A stretch of 64,000 bases of DNA from Escherichia phage vB_EcoM_PhAPEC2: sequence record NC_024794.1. One strand, given 5' to 3'. The translations under genes and the position numbers were made by a program. The notes beneath the pieces are model-generated. The model ran no database searches. It worked only from the letters and a program-made list of their open reading frames with translations, and had not been told where the DNA came from. This document shows, piece by piece, positions 27,537 to 36,438 of this stretch (the stretch's first letter is position 1; every line of letters starts with the position of its first letter).

Positions 27537-28075
27537 TCTTTTATTTCCAGTAGTTTATTTGATTTAAGGTAATTAGCCTTTTCTAGGACTTCAGAAGCAT
27601 ATTTACTTCCAGCACTTGTCTTCCATCCTGCATTATATGAGGATATAGCTTTTCTTATATCCCCATTATGTATATTTAACCAATAAGAAAATTCGATATA
27701 AGCCCATCTGGCTGAATTAGACCGCTTAGATAGCATTTTCTTAATTTGGGCATCAGTCATATTATAACCAAGCTGGTTAATTCTTGCCCTCATTGTTGGT
27801 AGATAATTTTGGAACATTCCATACGCATGGTGACCTTTCTTATCTTTAAGATTAATACCGGCAGATGATTCCTGCCATAGTATTGCGGCCATTATGTATC
27901 CAAGTCCTTTCTTATGCATATTTTCATGCGTTTTAAATTTTCCGTCCTTAGAAAACTGTTCCCCAAACTGATAAGCATAATTCAAGTTATCGAGTTGGAC
28001 ATTACTAAAAGTATGCTCGGAGCTATGTGCTGATAATGAAAGAGCAAATAGACCAGCGAGTAGTGCTTTTCTCAT
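27533..28075 (-). CDS. Secreted lytic transglycosylase (SLT)-like protein
   Basis: 180 aa; signal peptide MRKALLAGLFALSLSAHS; SLT-like motifs WQESS, GMFQ, YNAG. Confidence 0.5.
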   Translation of the reverse strand: MRKALLAGLFALSLSAHSSEHTFSNVQLDNLNYAYQFGEQFSKDGKFKTHENMHKKGLGYIMAAILWQESSAGINLKDKKGHHAYGMFQNYLPTMRARINQLGYNMTDAQIKKMLSKRSNSARWAYIEFSYWLNIHNGDIRKAISSYNAGWKTSAGSKYASEVLEKANYLKSNKLLEIKE

Positions 28076-28083
28076 GTTTACCT

Positions 28084-28542
28084 CTAGATTTTAATCACTG
28101 CTTTAGAAGCTTTTCCTGGTAGTCGTTTATTGTTAATAATAGCCATTCTGCATTGAAGAGTCTTCATTTTGAATGCTGGATTTTCGCGACAAACTGTAAG
28201 TCCTAACCAAAGATTTCCATCAGTTATTTCTAAACGGCCTGGGCGATATTCGACACCTTCGACAAAATCTTCATCAACATCTGGACGTGCCGGCATTGAT
28301 AAAAATTCTGTAACTTCTTTAACATGATTTTTTACTTTACGAAATAATTCAAAAACGTAATTCTCATCTATTTCTCTTTGGATGGCACGATCTAAGAGAT
28401 GTTGAGAATACTTGATATGAAAGCCTGGTAGTCCAAGAGACTTTGCAGCATCTTTTATACCGGCATTGATTTGACGAAACTCCGTTTCAAAGATTCGACG
28501 GAGTTTATTGCGGCGGATAAAAACGTCTGAATTGATAGTCAT
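28084..28542 (-). CDS. regB: RegB site-specific endoribonuclease
   Basis: 152 aa; MTINSDVFIRRNKLRR...YSQHLLDRAIQREIDE...CRMAIINNKRLPGKASKAVIK matches T4 RegB as recalled. Confidence 0.9.
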   Translation of the reverse strand: MTINSDVFIRRNKLRRIFETEFRQINAGIKDAAKSLGLPGFHIKYSQHLLDRAIQREIDENYVFELFRKVKNHVKEVTEFLSMPARPDVDEDFVEGVEYRPGRLEITDGNLWLGLTVCRENPAFKMKTLQCRMAIINNKRLPGKASKAVIKI

Positions 28543-28561
28543 TTTGATTTCTCCTCTAGTT

Positions 28562-28599
28562 GACAGGTCTATAGTAACACAACTAGAGGAGAAGTAAAC
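28562..28599 (-). promoter_or_regulatory. PeSL-like early promoter cassette with 12-bp dyad (CTCCTCTAGTTG/CAACTAGAGGAG) covering the regB SD
   Basis: Minus GTTTACTTCTCCTCTAGTTGTGTTACTATAGACCTGTCAACTAGAGGAG. Confidence 0.45.
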
Positions 28600-28603
28600 T
28601 ACT

Positions 28604-28819
28604 TTATTGATAAAATGGAGTTAAAGCCCAAGATTCTTTAGATACCATATTGGCGAAATGCCTCATCTCTTCGATTTGGCGACGACGCTGGTCAGCATAG
28701 TCTTCTTCGCCTTCTTCCTTACAATCTTCAAGGTCTTCTTCAAGATACTTTAAGTATTCACTACAAATTTTGTTGACCTTTTCTTGAAAGTCCAATAACC
28801 CAGTAATACTAGAAGCCAT
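28604..28819 (-). CDS. Hypothetical acidic protein
   Basis: 71-aa ORF (T4 vs.x interval). Confidence 0.5.
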   Translation of the reverse strand: MASSITGLLDFQEKVNKICSEYLKYLEEDLEDCKEEGEEDYADQRRRQIEEMRHFANMVSKESWALTPFYQ

Positions 28820-29064
28820 TAGTATTTTTCCTCAGGTCGAAATACCGCGCGACAAGCCCACATACTAGCTTCCTTTAGACGCTCTTTAGCGCAGTTAAGT
28901 TGGGACAAAGCCGTCAGAGCTTCAGGAGTATTTGCTGATAATGCTTCTTCTGCCAGGGCGTCCAGAATAAGTCCTAAACGAACTTCGGCATCTTTAATAG
29001 CGTTCACTTTACCGATTTTATCATCGGTATGTGGCTTGTAGCCTTTGATGTCTTCAATCGACAT
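28819..29064 (-). CDS. Hypothetical small all-helical protein
   Basis: 81 aa from ATG 29064 (MSIEDIKGYKPHTDDKIGKVNAIKDAEVRLGLILDALAEEAL...), SD GAGGAAA. Confidence 0.45.
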   Translation of the reverse strand: MSIEDIKGYKPHTDDKIGKVNAIKDAEVRLGLILDALAEEALSANTPEALTALSQLNCAKERLKEASMWACRAVFRPEEKY

Positions 29065-29278
29065 AAGGAATTTCCTCATCGGTGGCAAGGTCATATTCGA
29101 CCAATTGGATAGGCTCATTAATACCATATCCACGTACAGTGATATCGGTTGTCGGATATTTTCCAGTAATATCACCCGTTCTAAATGCTTCAATGAATGA
29201 TTGCTCGCCTGAGCAACTAAACCAGGCGGCAAAACATTTTAAAACATCTTCAGACCCTTCTATAACCAATTTAGCCAT
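29054..29278 (-). CDS. Hypothetical protein
   Basis: 74-aa ORF, ATG verified at 29278. Confidence 0.45.
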   Translation of the reverse strand: MAKLVIEGSEDVLKCFAAWFSCSGEQSFIEAFRTGDITGKYPTTDITVRGYGINEPIQLVEYDLATDEEIPYVD

Positions 29279-29640
29279 TATAGACTCTCAGTAAAGGTAC
29301 GAGCGATAACGTCGCGCTGTTGTTCCGGAGTCAGAGAGTTAAAGCGAACTGCATATCCGGATACACGGATGGTCAGCTGCGGATATTTTTCCGGATGCTT
29401 AACTGCATCTTCCAGAGTTTCACGACGCAGAACGTTAACGTTCAGGTGTTGACCACCTTCAATTTTAACTTTAGGTTGATGTTCAATTTCAATTTCACGA
29501 GCATGCAAACCGTAGAAAATTTCTGGGTCTACAATAGCGTCTTCTTTAAAAGTCTTAGAGACAATAATCCGGGCTTGAGTACCGTCTTCAAAATAAATAG
29601 TGCCTTTATGTGCACCTTCAAGAATTTGATATGCTTTCAT
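29278..29640 (-). CDS. Hypothetical protein (120 aa)
   Basis: ORF in tk-regB-denV interval. Confidence 0.5.
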   Translation of the reverse strand: MKAYQILEGAHKGTIYFEDGTQARIIVSKTFKEDAIVDPEIFYGLHAREIEIEHQPKVKIEGGQHLNVNVLRRETLEDAVKHPEKYPQLTIRVSGYAVRFNSLTPEQQRDVIARTFTESL

Positions 29641-29646
29641 ATAACC

Positions 29647-29955
29647 TCAATTAGAAAATAAATTTATCCAAGATTTTTCTTTAATCAAAAATGGGTCGGA
29701 ATTAAACGCCATTAAACTTTGAGTGATTAATCCCTTAAATGGCCCATCAATAAATTCCATTTTGAAATGCGGAATACTAGTCATCATCCGTGCATTAGGA
29801 GCAGTACAAAGAACCTGCTGCCCGGCGAACGGACCTTTAGTCAAACGATATCGTTTAGGTTTAAAATGGTAAATCTCGTAATTTTCTACAAGAGCCCTTT
29901 TATTGCATACTGGGCTGTTATAACAATACTCAAAAACTTCAATAGTGGTCATCAT
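29647..29955 (-). CDS. Hypothetical protein (102 aa)
   Basis: ORF. Confidence 0.5.
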   Translation of the reverse strand: MMTTIEVFEYCYNSPVCNKRALVENYEIYHFKPKRYRLTKGPFAGQQVLCTAPNARMMTSIPHFKMEFIDGPFKGLITQSLMAFNSDPFLIKEKSWINLFSN

Positions 29956-30491
29956 TGCATTCCAATCACAAAAAATTGAGGACGAGCATTACCGCCGATG
30001 CAATATTTGCTTTTGCAGCAGTGCTGTACTGTTTTAATGTGGACATTGTAAATCTTATCCATATCGGGAGCTTTAATAGGCTCGTCAATTATATACAGAA
30101 TACGAGAAAGCGTTAATCCACGGAATTTAGAACCTTCATTGCCAATAAAACTACGAACAGAATCAGTAAATAAACGGAATCGAATATCATCGCTAGAATA
30201 ACGAGAAAATTCTTTTTCAATGTTGCCAGCAGAAATTTTAGCATAAGCTGAAGTATTAGAAAGAACAATAACTGTTCCACCGTCGTGCAGCCAATTAACA
30301 GCAAAATTAGTTACTGCGGTCGATTTACCTGATTGTCTGCCGCCGTCTAAACGAAGTGTACAGTACTGCTTGAGTACGTCTTCAAATGGTGGGACATAAC
30401 CATTCTTACAAATTTCTTCTACTCTAGCATCAGAATGGTGTGTAAAAGCATTCATCAGGGATAGATAAGGTCCGGTTAAAAATGTTCTCAT
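29952..30491 (-). CDS. P-loop NTPase-like protein
   Basis: 179 aa; Walker A GGRQSGKST. Confidence 0.5.
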   Translation of the reverse strand: MRTFLTGPYLSLMNAFTHHSDARVEEICKNGYVPPFEDVLKQYCTLRLDGGRQSGKSTAVTNFAVNWLHDGGTVIVLSNTSAYAKISAGNIEKEFSRYSSDDIRFRLFTDSVRSFIGNEGSKFRGLTLSRILYIIDEPIKAPDMDKIYNVHIKTVQHCCKSKYCIGGNARPQFFVIGMQ

Positions 30492-30670
30492 TTAGTTTCT
30501 CTTTTAGATTGGGGCCATTCCGTGGCGCATGAATTGTCCATTTCTGTATTTACCCATTACCGCACTTGGGCTCGACCTTATTACAGGTTGGCGGGAATCC
30601 CTCATAGAATCATGAGGTCCAGGTTGTTCCCATATTATTTAAATGTAAATAGGTCTAAGTATTAGCTTTA

Positions 30671-31249
30671 TTAATTACCACGGGCCGCATTAGCAACGGC
30701 GTAAGCATACTGAACATTAGCGTCCTTAAACGTACCTTTAGAGGTATCTATTTCTGCCTTAAAGCCGCCTTTAGCCATAACATCGGCAAATTCTTTACGG
30801 AAAGCCATTGCATCAAGACCTTTCCATGATGATTTATGCTTGGCAAATTCAAGACCGGCGTAGTTGACAGCTTTAGCCAATTTATTATCAATGACCCATT
30901 TACCGGCTTTAGGCACAAACTTCGGGCCTTTTTGTTTAGAGAACAGTTTTAAATTCCAGCGACGAAGATCACTATCGGCTTTAACAAAAGCTGCGTCTAA
31001 GTTACTAGCAACAACATCTTCAATATGAGCAAATTTAAGTCCGTCAACTTCAATATTTAGATCGTTACGCCAACGTAGTCCTTCCCAAGCGAAGGCTTTA
31101 AAATCAGAAGCTTTTGTGGCTAGATATCGTTCAAGTGGAGCAGTTTTAGGGTCAAAGCCGTTTCCGCCACGATAATTCCACTCGTCCTTATTAATGCCTT
31201 GAGCTTTTCCTGCAAAGGCCTCGGCGATAAATTCTTTATACGTTTTCAT
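30671..31249 (-). CDS. ipIII: Internal head protein, IPIII-like
   Basis: 192 aa; N-terminal capsid-targeting sequence MKTYKEFIAE; basic, Ala/Lys-rich. Confidence 0.7.
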   Translation of the reverse strand: MKTYKEFIAEAFAGKAQGINKDEWNYRGGNGFDPKTAPLERYLATKASDFKAFAWEGLRWRNDLNIEVDGLKFAHIEDVVASNLDAAFVKADSDLRRWNLKLFSKQKGPKFVPKAGKWVIDNKLAKAVNYAGLEFAKHKSSWKGLDAMAFRKEFADVMAKGGFKAEIDTSKGTFKDANVQYAYAVANAARGN

Positions 31250-31279
31250 TTTTGTTTCCTTGTTTGTTTTGATAGAGTA

Positions 31280-31309
31280 ATTATACCATATTAATACTTA
31301 AGCGTAAAC
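31280..31309 (-). promoter_or_regulatory. Early promoter TTTACG-N17-TATAAT upstream of ipIII
   Basis: Minus GTTTACGCTTAAGTATTAATATGGTATAAT. Confidence 0.45.
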
Positions 31310-31312
31310 AAT

Positions 31313-31429
31313 TTAAGCTTTATCGCCAGAAATAATTCCGAAGTTGTTAAAATCGTATCCAATATCGTCAACATCTACTTTAGGACCTTTGGCATCTGCT
31401 TCAATGATAAATTCTTGATACATTTTCAT
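31313..31429 (-). CDS. Candidate mini internal peptide (38 aa) with capsid-targeting-like N-terminus
   Basis: Hand-translated MKMYQEFIIEADAKGPKVDVDDIGYDFNNFGIISGDKA; strong SD AAGGAAAAA; below ORF-track cutoff. Confidence 0.4.
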   Translation of the reverse strand: MKMYQEFIIEADAKGPKVDVDDIGYDFNNFGIISGDKA

Positions 31430-31435
31430 TTTTCC

Positions 31436-31849
31436 TTAGTAAATTGATTTACCATAGTATTTGTACCAAGTCGGACGTTGAGCAATTTTTTCATCTAAGC
31501 GTGCTTGACTTATCGCAATGGACGCTTCGGACGGGACATAATTATTACGAAATTCGGCAGGGATGTCGGAAATATCCTGGACTGTCGTGTCCTTGATTTT
31601 GAAACCACGTTTCAAACATTCAGCGATTAGCTCGATTTGTCGTAAACGTAAAAATTCGAGTTTGTCGTAAAAGAATGTTACGTGACCTGTGCCTAAGATA
31701 AATGTTGGAGAGATTTTAAAATCCTTTACACGTTTACCATTTTGAACATGTTTACGGACTGCACCGAATACACGAGGTAATTCGCGATACTCAGCCATAA
31801 GATGTTGGTCGGCCAGTTCAGAAACAAGTGTTAAATTGATACGAGTCAT
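31436..31849 (-). CDS. denV: Endonuclease V (pyrimidine-dimer DNA glycosylase)
   Basis: 137 aa from ATG 31849; [35 protein letters not shown]... matches T4 DenV as recalled. Confidence 0.92.
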   Translation of the reverse strand: MTRINLTLVSELADQHLMAEYRELPRVFGAVRKHVQNGKRVKDFKISPTFILGTGHVTFFYDKLEFLRLRQIELIAECLKRGFKIKDTTVQDISDIPAEFRNNYVPSEASIAISQARLDEKIAQRPTWYKYYGKSIY

Positions 31850-31864
31850 AATTTCCTCCAAGTA

Positions 31865-31906
31865 GTTGATGAATGTATAGTATCAAAACTCTTGGAGGAA
31901 GTAAAC
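31865..31906 (-). promoter_or_regulatory. PeSL-like early promoter cassette upstream of denV
   Basis: Minus GTTTACTTCCTCCAAGAGTTTTGATACTATACATTCATCAACTACTTGGAGGA; dyad CTCCAAG/CTTGGAG covers the SD. Confidence 0.45.
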
Positions 31907-31907
31907 A

Positions 31908-32189
31908 CTATTTTTCTGAAGCGCCTGAAATATATTTTTCAAGACGTTGTTTCATTAGCGAGCCGTTCTTAGCGATTTCTTCTGGCTTATCGCACATACG
32001 CAACAAGGCTTCAAGCTTAACGATATCGCTGGTACGTTCAAATTTGCGAGTATCTATCTTACTAGCAAGTTCAGAAATACGTGCTAATAGACTTTCAGCT
32101 TCAACCAAAGCTGCACCTAGCTTAGTCGCAAATGTGTCAGTAGCTTCGCTAAGAATAGATTCTGATAAAAATTCACTATATGTTTTCAT
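31908..32189 (-). CDS. ipII: Internal head protein, IPII-like
   Basis: 93 aa from ATG 32189; capsid-targeting-like N-terminus [10 protein letters not shown]; ATGA-coupled to e. Confidence 0.7.
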   Translation of the reverse strand: MKTYSEFLSESILSEATDTFATKLGAALVEAESLLARISELASKIDTRKFERTSDIVKLEALLRMCDKPEEIAKNGSLMKQRLEKYISGASEK

Positions 32190-32674
32190 ATATACGCTTT
32201 CCAAGTTCCTGTTTTAAATGTTGAGATTACGCGTTTCGCGCGATTAGGTGTCTGACGATACCATTTAGATTTGGCTAGATTTACTGCCGCTTCGTCCCAA
32301 CGTTTCTGTTGAAGCATACGAAGAGAATTAGTAAAACCAGCGACGCCTGCTACACCCATTTGGAAGACCATATTGATCAATGCACATCGACGAACCGCAT
32401 CTAAAGAATCATATACCGGTTTAAGTTTAGCATTACCTAAGATTCCGCGAACGGCTTTATCAACGTCTTCATTAAATAGCTTTTCAGCCTCATCAAGGGT
32501 AATTGTACCGTTGCATTTACGACCGATCATTCTGTCAAGTTCAGCTTTAGCTACGGCTAAAGACGGGTTCTTTGTTACTAAATGGCCTATGCCAATCGTC
32601 CAAAAGCCTTCAGTGTCTTTGTATAAAGTCAGTCTAAGACCTTCGTCGTTACGAAGCATTTCAAATATATTCAT
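32186..32674 (-). CDS. e: Lysozyme (endolysin) e
   Basis: 162 aa from ATG 32674; [32 protein letters not shown]... with catalytic E11/D20/T26 context. Confidence 0.93.
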   Translation of the reverse strand: MNIFEMLRNDEGLRLTLYKDTEGFWTIGIGHLVTKNPSLAVAKAELDRMIGRKCNGTITLDEAEKLFNEDVDKAVRGILGNAKLKPVYDSLDAVRRCALINMVFQMGVAGVAGFTNSLRMLQQKRWDEAAVNLAKSKWYRQTPNRAKRVISTFKTGTWKAYI

Positions 32675-32678
32675 AATA

Positions 32679-32707
32679 CCTCCCACGTTTATAGGAGGTA
32701 TTTATTA
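32679..32707 (-). promoter_or_regulatory. Gene e SD-sequestering hairpin (CCUCC/GGAGG) with late-promoter-like AATAAATA upstream
   Basis: Minus TAATAAATACCTCCTATAAACGTGGGAGGTATTATG; matches the known T4 gene e early-hairpin/late-promoter arrangement. Confidence 0.45.
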
Positions 32708-32708
32708 C

Positions 32709-33167
32709 TTATAGGAGGGTAGTGAGCACCTTATATAATGATTTGCCCATTACATATTCCCATTGAGAAGGTTTAATTAAAGCGAATGCATCAAATTCAG
32801 GAATCTGACGTCCATCTGGGAATGTATGATAGGAATTACAAATACTGTTTCTGAATTGCTCGTGCTCTACAGGGATGGTATATAGGAACAGATGAATATT
32901 CTTATTGTCTGAGTAATGATGTTCGCCTAGGTCTTTCAGGAAGGCAGGGTCATATTGTGTAAACCCAGTTTCTTCTTCGCATTCACGAATAGCGGCTTCG
33001 ATAGGAGATTCGCCAGGTTCGACACGGCCTTTAGGAATATCCCACCGATGAGCTAATGCACCTTTAGGACGAGAACCAGTTACACGGCCCATGAATAACT
33101 CTTTATCTTTTGTCATGAAGATAATACCGGCTGATAGTTCTTTCACTTTATTTTTCTTACTCATCAT
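32709..33167 (-). CDS. nudE: Nudix hydrolase NudE
   Basis: 152 aa; Nudix box GRVEPGESPIEAAIRECEEETG. Confidence 0.85.
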   Translation of the reverse strand: MMSKKNKVKELSAGIIFMTKDKELFMGRVTGSRPKGALAHRWDIPKGRVEPGESPIEAAIRECEEETGFTQYDPAFLKDLGEHHYSDNKNIHLFLYTIPVEHEQFRNSICNSYHTFPDGRQIPEFDAFALIKPSQWEYVMGKSLYKVLTTLL

Positions 33168-33393
33168 CTCGGTCCCATGATTTGGCCATTAATTCGGACA
33201 TAAATTCTTCAATGCGCGTTTCTTTAGACGGACTTTCACTATTAGAGACCGCAAGTTTGTAATCTGCAATAGGACGGAACAAATCAAGGTCCATATTAAG
33301 ATCGTCTTTGATTTTTTCTTCTGACACATCTTTATCGTATGTGTACAGATAACTATCACATGATTCTGATTTAATGTAAATTGCTATACTCAT
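33157..33393 (-). CDS. Hypothetical acidic protein
   Basis: 78 aa from ATG 33393 (MSIAIYIKS...), ATGA-coupled. Confidence 0.4.
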   Translation of the reverse strand: MSIAIYIKSESCDSYLYTYDKDVSEEKIKDDLNMDLDLFRPIADYKLAVSNSESPSKETRIEEFMSELMAKSWDRDDE

Positions 33394-33881
33394 CTCAAAT
33401 TCCTGCATTCGGTAATAAAACGTTCAACTTCATTATTCTTGGCTTTTATCTTGTCTTTATGTTCTTGTAAACTACTTTTAATAAGATTAATAATGATGGC
33501 AGCGGTACCACCGCCAATGATGCCACCAACAACACTTATGATACTAGATGCTAATAAGATAGCAATAATATCAACAAAACCGAAAGAACTCACCTTAGTA
33601 CTAAAAAACCACACTGACGGTACAAATATAATCCATCCTGTTATCCATTGGCACTTATTGAAAAACTTTTCAAGCTCAGCTTGAGTTGTTCGTATTACTT
33701 CATCGATAGGTTGATATCCGTTAATGTATCTGTTCACAATAATACCTGCTGGCTGGTCGATTTTAAATTCTTGGCAAATATGTTTCACTAAGTAGGATGG
33801 ACATCCTGTCCAATCTACTGAATAGTATGAAATACCTTCATTGCCATCGTCTATATTAGACCAATATGTTTTGTTAATCAT
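33390..33881 (-). CDS. Membrane protein, FIKECR-tail family member
   Basis: 163 aa; hydrophobic core, Gly-rich segment, C-terminal ...ERFITECRNLR. Confidence 0.5.
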   Translation of the reverse strand: MINKTYWSNIDDGNEGISYYSVDWTGCPSYLVKHICQEFKIDQPAGIIVNRYINGYQPIDEVIRTTQAELEKFFNKCQWITGWIIFVPSVWFFSTKVSSFGFVDIIAILLASSIISVVGGIIGGGTAAIIINLIKSSLQEHKDKIKAKNNEVERFITECRNLR

Positions 33882-34567
33882 TACCAGCCTTCCATAGGGA
33901 ATTCCAGATAAACTTGAGCATTGACACGAATTTCATTGGTAATCTTTTTAACTCGATCTGTATTACGAGATACACGTCCGAACCAACGCCATCCGTTACT
34001 AATTGCACGAGAACCAGTGTGCCATGTTTGCCAATCAAACTGAAGAAGAGTACGGTCTGGAGCTTCCCATTTCTCTAGTTCGCCTTTTTCGATTTTTTCG
34101 AGGACTTCTTTGTGCCACTGACGATAGATAAGTTCGCCATCAGGAATCTGACTGAACTCTGCAGTTCCTGTTGCAAAATGAGTAGGACACACACCAGCGT
34201 TAACAAGACCAAGAATATGTTCAGAATGGTAACGAGGGTTGTCATAGTCAGGTTGTCCTGCAGTAATAAAGTGTTGACCAACTGGAATATCAGGGCGTGG
34301 TACGTCATCATGGTGATAGCCTGGGATTGCAGGATACCAACCAGGCATCAGCATGTGGACTCGTGAATCAAATACAACCTGGTCGGTGTTCCAATCATCA
34401 GGCAAGTTCATAATGAAAGAGCGAGTAATAGGACCGCCGTTATTATAAGCAAATTCTAAACTACAGTTGAAGAACATAGGCTCGTTCTTGATTTTATCAT
34501 TAGAAATGCTACCGGCAAAACCACCTACTGCACGAGCTTGACTATTAAACACTTTAGAACTATTCAT
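33881..34567 (-). CDS. Hypothetical protein (228 aa), His/Asp-rich putative enzyme
   Basis: ORF with SD GAGGAAA; segments YHHDDVP and HSEH. Confidence 0.55.
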   Translation of the reverse strand: MNSSKVFNSQARAVGGFAGSISNDKIKNEPMFFNCSLEFAYNNGGPITRSFIMNLPDDWNTDQVVFDSRVHMLMPGWYPAIPGYHHDDVPRPDIPVGQHFITAGQPDYDNPRYHSEHILGLVNAGVCPTHFATGTAEFSQIPDGELIYRQWHKEVLEKIEKGELEKWEAPDRTLLQFDWQTWHTGSRAISNGWRWFGRVSRNTDRVKKITNEIRVNAQVYLEFPMEGW

Positions 34568-34568
34568 A

Positions 34569-34874
34569 TTATTTTCCTCGACATTCTTTAATGAAATTTT
34601 CTAGATTGGTAGATTCAATAGCTTTTTTACGAGCTTCTGCGTGTTCTTCTTCAGACAATTTACGTTTATAATTGACCCAGACATTATGGTCTAAACCAGT
34701 TGTGGCATATAATATCAAAGCTCCGACGAATAATAAAAACGGTGATAAAAATATACAACCAGGAACACCATCCATACTGTAAGCCTTTTGTAATACGGCA
34801 ACAGAAAGAGCTGCGTAAAAAAGCGATGCAAATATTGTAAAAAGACCGATTCGGTTGGTTTCGCCTAATTTCAT
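34569..34874 (-). CDS. Membrane protein, FIKECR-tail family member
   Basis: 101 aa; two hydrophobic segments; C-terminal ...LENFIKECRGK. Confidence 0.55.
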   Translation of the reverse strand: MKLGETNRIGLFTIFASLFYAALSVAVLQKAYSMDGVPGCIFLSPFLLFVGALILYATTGLDHNVWVNYKRKLSEEEHAEARKKAIESTNLENFIKECRGK

Positions 34875-34893
34875 AATATTCTCCTCATGTTTT

Positions 34894-34932
34894 AATAGGA
34901 CTACTATAACATAGTCCTATAATTGTGTAAAC
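34894..34932 (-). promoter_or_regulatory. PeSL-like early promoter cassette (TTTACA-N17-TATAGT with 8-bp dyad ATAGGACT/AGTCCTAT)
   Basis: Minus GTTTACACAATTATAGGACTATGTTATAGTAGTCCTATTAAAAC. Confidence 0.5.
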
Positions 34933-34944
34933 AGTTTTGTGAAG

Positions 34945-35901
34945 TTATTTGAAAGGTTTTACCATATGGAAATTTTGTTTGAAACGTTTTACGTAATCGT
35001 CGTGTCCTAAGCTTTGGTACATACTTACAACTTTGCTGTAGTTTTCCCAGGCGTATTCACGGAACCAACCGGAGGTGATGCTTGTGCAGACTTTTTCTAA
35101 TGCCATCATGAAACTGGCTTCAGGGTTAATTTTAAAGTCATTAGGAATCTGAGAACGTTCTAACGCTAGTACACATGATTCTTCGTATACACCGGCCAAT
35201 TTGACCATTTCTGGTAACGATTCGAACTTCTCGCGTGAGGTCATGACTTCAGAACCGTCTTTCATGTAAAACGTATAAGCCGGACGGTCTGTTAGTGCAA
35301 TGGCTTCATGAATAGTATCATGGTCATATGTATAGATGTCATCTTTAAAGAACGCACTTTTAGAAGTGTCAAGAACTGGGTGAGCATAGTTCAAAGTTTC
35401 TTTCTGGCGTTTCAGCATAATTTCAGTAAGTTCATCGTTCAGTGTAACACCTTTACCACGAAGATACTGGATATGGTTCATAGTCTTTAAAAAGAATGGA
35501 TTATTTTTCTTGAAACGATGAGACATTTTAATTGCAAGACATATCTCAGGAGTTGCCCAGTAAAACCCGGTCAAACGATCTTTAGTCAAATTTTTCTTGG
35601 CGTATTTTAAAAGGTCATAAGAAGACGTGAAATCTTCAGGAGTGAGTTCGCCGATTAATTCACGGACATTAGTGATTGCCGGAACAATATACGCTTCAAA
35701 ATGAGTTTCGCGTCCGTTATGGAAGCATTTGAAAACTTGGACATCAGGGTTATCTTGGTGAACATATACACCCATCATTTGATTTTTGAATGCATTCCAA
35801 GAACATTGGTCTGCAATAAAGTCCCAGTCACTATTTTTGATAGCGTTAGAATCAATAAGACCATGATAGTGAAGTGCACGAGAACCAATAACTAACATCA
35901 T
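34945..35901 (-). CDS. Hypothetical protein (318 aa)
   Basis: Long ORF; no motif recognised by eye. Confidence 0.55.
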   Translation of the reverse strand: MMLVIGSRALHYHGLIDSNAIKNSDWDFIADQCSWNAFKNQMMGVYVHQDNPDVQVFKCFHNGRETHFEAYIVPAITNVRELIGELTPEDFTSSYDLLKYAKKNLTKDRLTGFYWATPEICLAIKMSHRFKKNNPFFLKTMNHIQYLRGKGVTLNDELTEIMLKRQKETLNYAHPVLDTSKSAFFKDDIYTYDHDTIHEAIALTDRPAYTFYMKDGSEVMTSREKFESLPEMVKLAGVYEESCVLALERSQIPNDFKINPEASFMMALEKVCTSITSGWFREYAWENYSKVVSMYQSLGHDDYVKRFKQNFHMVKPFK

Positions 35902-35929
35902 AATATTTTCCTCGGATTAATTCATTAAC

Positions 35930-36169
35930 TTAAATTTCACGACATGCGATATTATATTCATCCCAGAGGTCATCATGTGAAGCCTCTACCAATGGAACGA
36001 TTGTACCGTTTATGTCTTCATTATAAGGGCAAATTGTACAGTGCGCGTCTTCGAATCGGATGCCTTTGTGTTCAGATTTTTTATAACGCATATCGAATAT
36101 CTTTGCAAACTTTTCACGAGTAATGGTTTTAGCAACCACTTTGGTTCCAATACTTTCGTAATAAATCAT
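35930..36169 (-). CDS. Hypothetical small Cys-containing protein
   Basis: 79-aa ORF, ATG verified at 36169. Confidence 0.5.
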   Translation of the reverse strand: MIYYESIGTKVVAKTITREKFAKIFDMRYKKSEHKGIRFEDAHCTICPYNEDINGTIVPLVEASHDDLWDEYNIACREI

Positions 36170-36188
36170 TGTGGACTCCGTTTAATTT

Positions 36189-36227
36189 GATAGGACTACT
36201 ATAACATAGCCCTATCTTGTTGTAAAC
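36189..36227 (-). promoter_or_regulatory. PeSL-like early promoter cassette (TTTACA-N17-TATAGT)
   Basis: Minus GTTTACAACAAGATAGGGCTATGTTATAGTAGTCCTATCAAATTAAAC. Confidence 0.5.
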
Positions 36228-36231
36228 TGTT

Positions 36232-36429
36232 TTAGCAAGAATAACTAGATGATACCCAGCCTTGAACAGTGATACTATTGTGGGATAATGAGATCGCGTC
36301 CTGGAGATTCAGACCTGCGTTATCTTCAATCCATAATGTAACTTCTTCGCGTTCTTCTGTTGCAATTTGGAACAGGTTTTCCAGGGCAGCTACTGCCGTA
36401 CGTACAGCACAATCTAATTCACGAGACAT
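36232..36429 (-). CDS. Small protein, WVSSSxxC-tail family member
   Basis: 65 aa ending ...QGWVSSSYSC. Confidence 0.5.
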   Translation of the reverse strand: MSRELDCAVRTAVAALENLFQIATEEREEVTLWIEDNAGLNLQDAISLSHNSITVQGWVSSSYSC

Positions 36430-36438
36430 ATGATTTCC

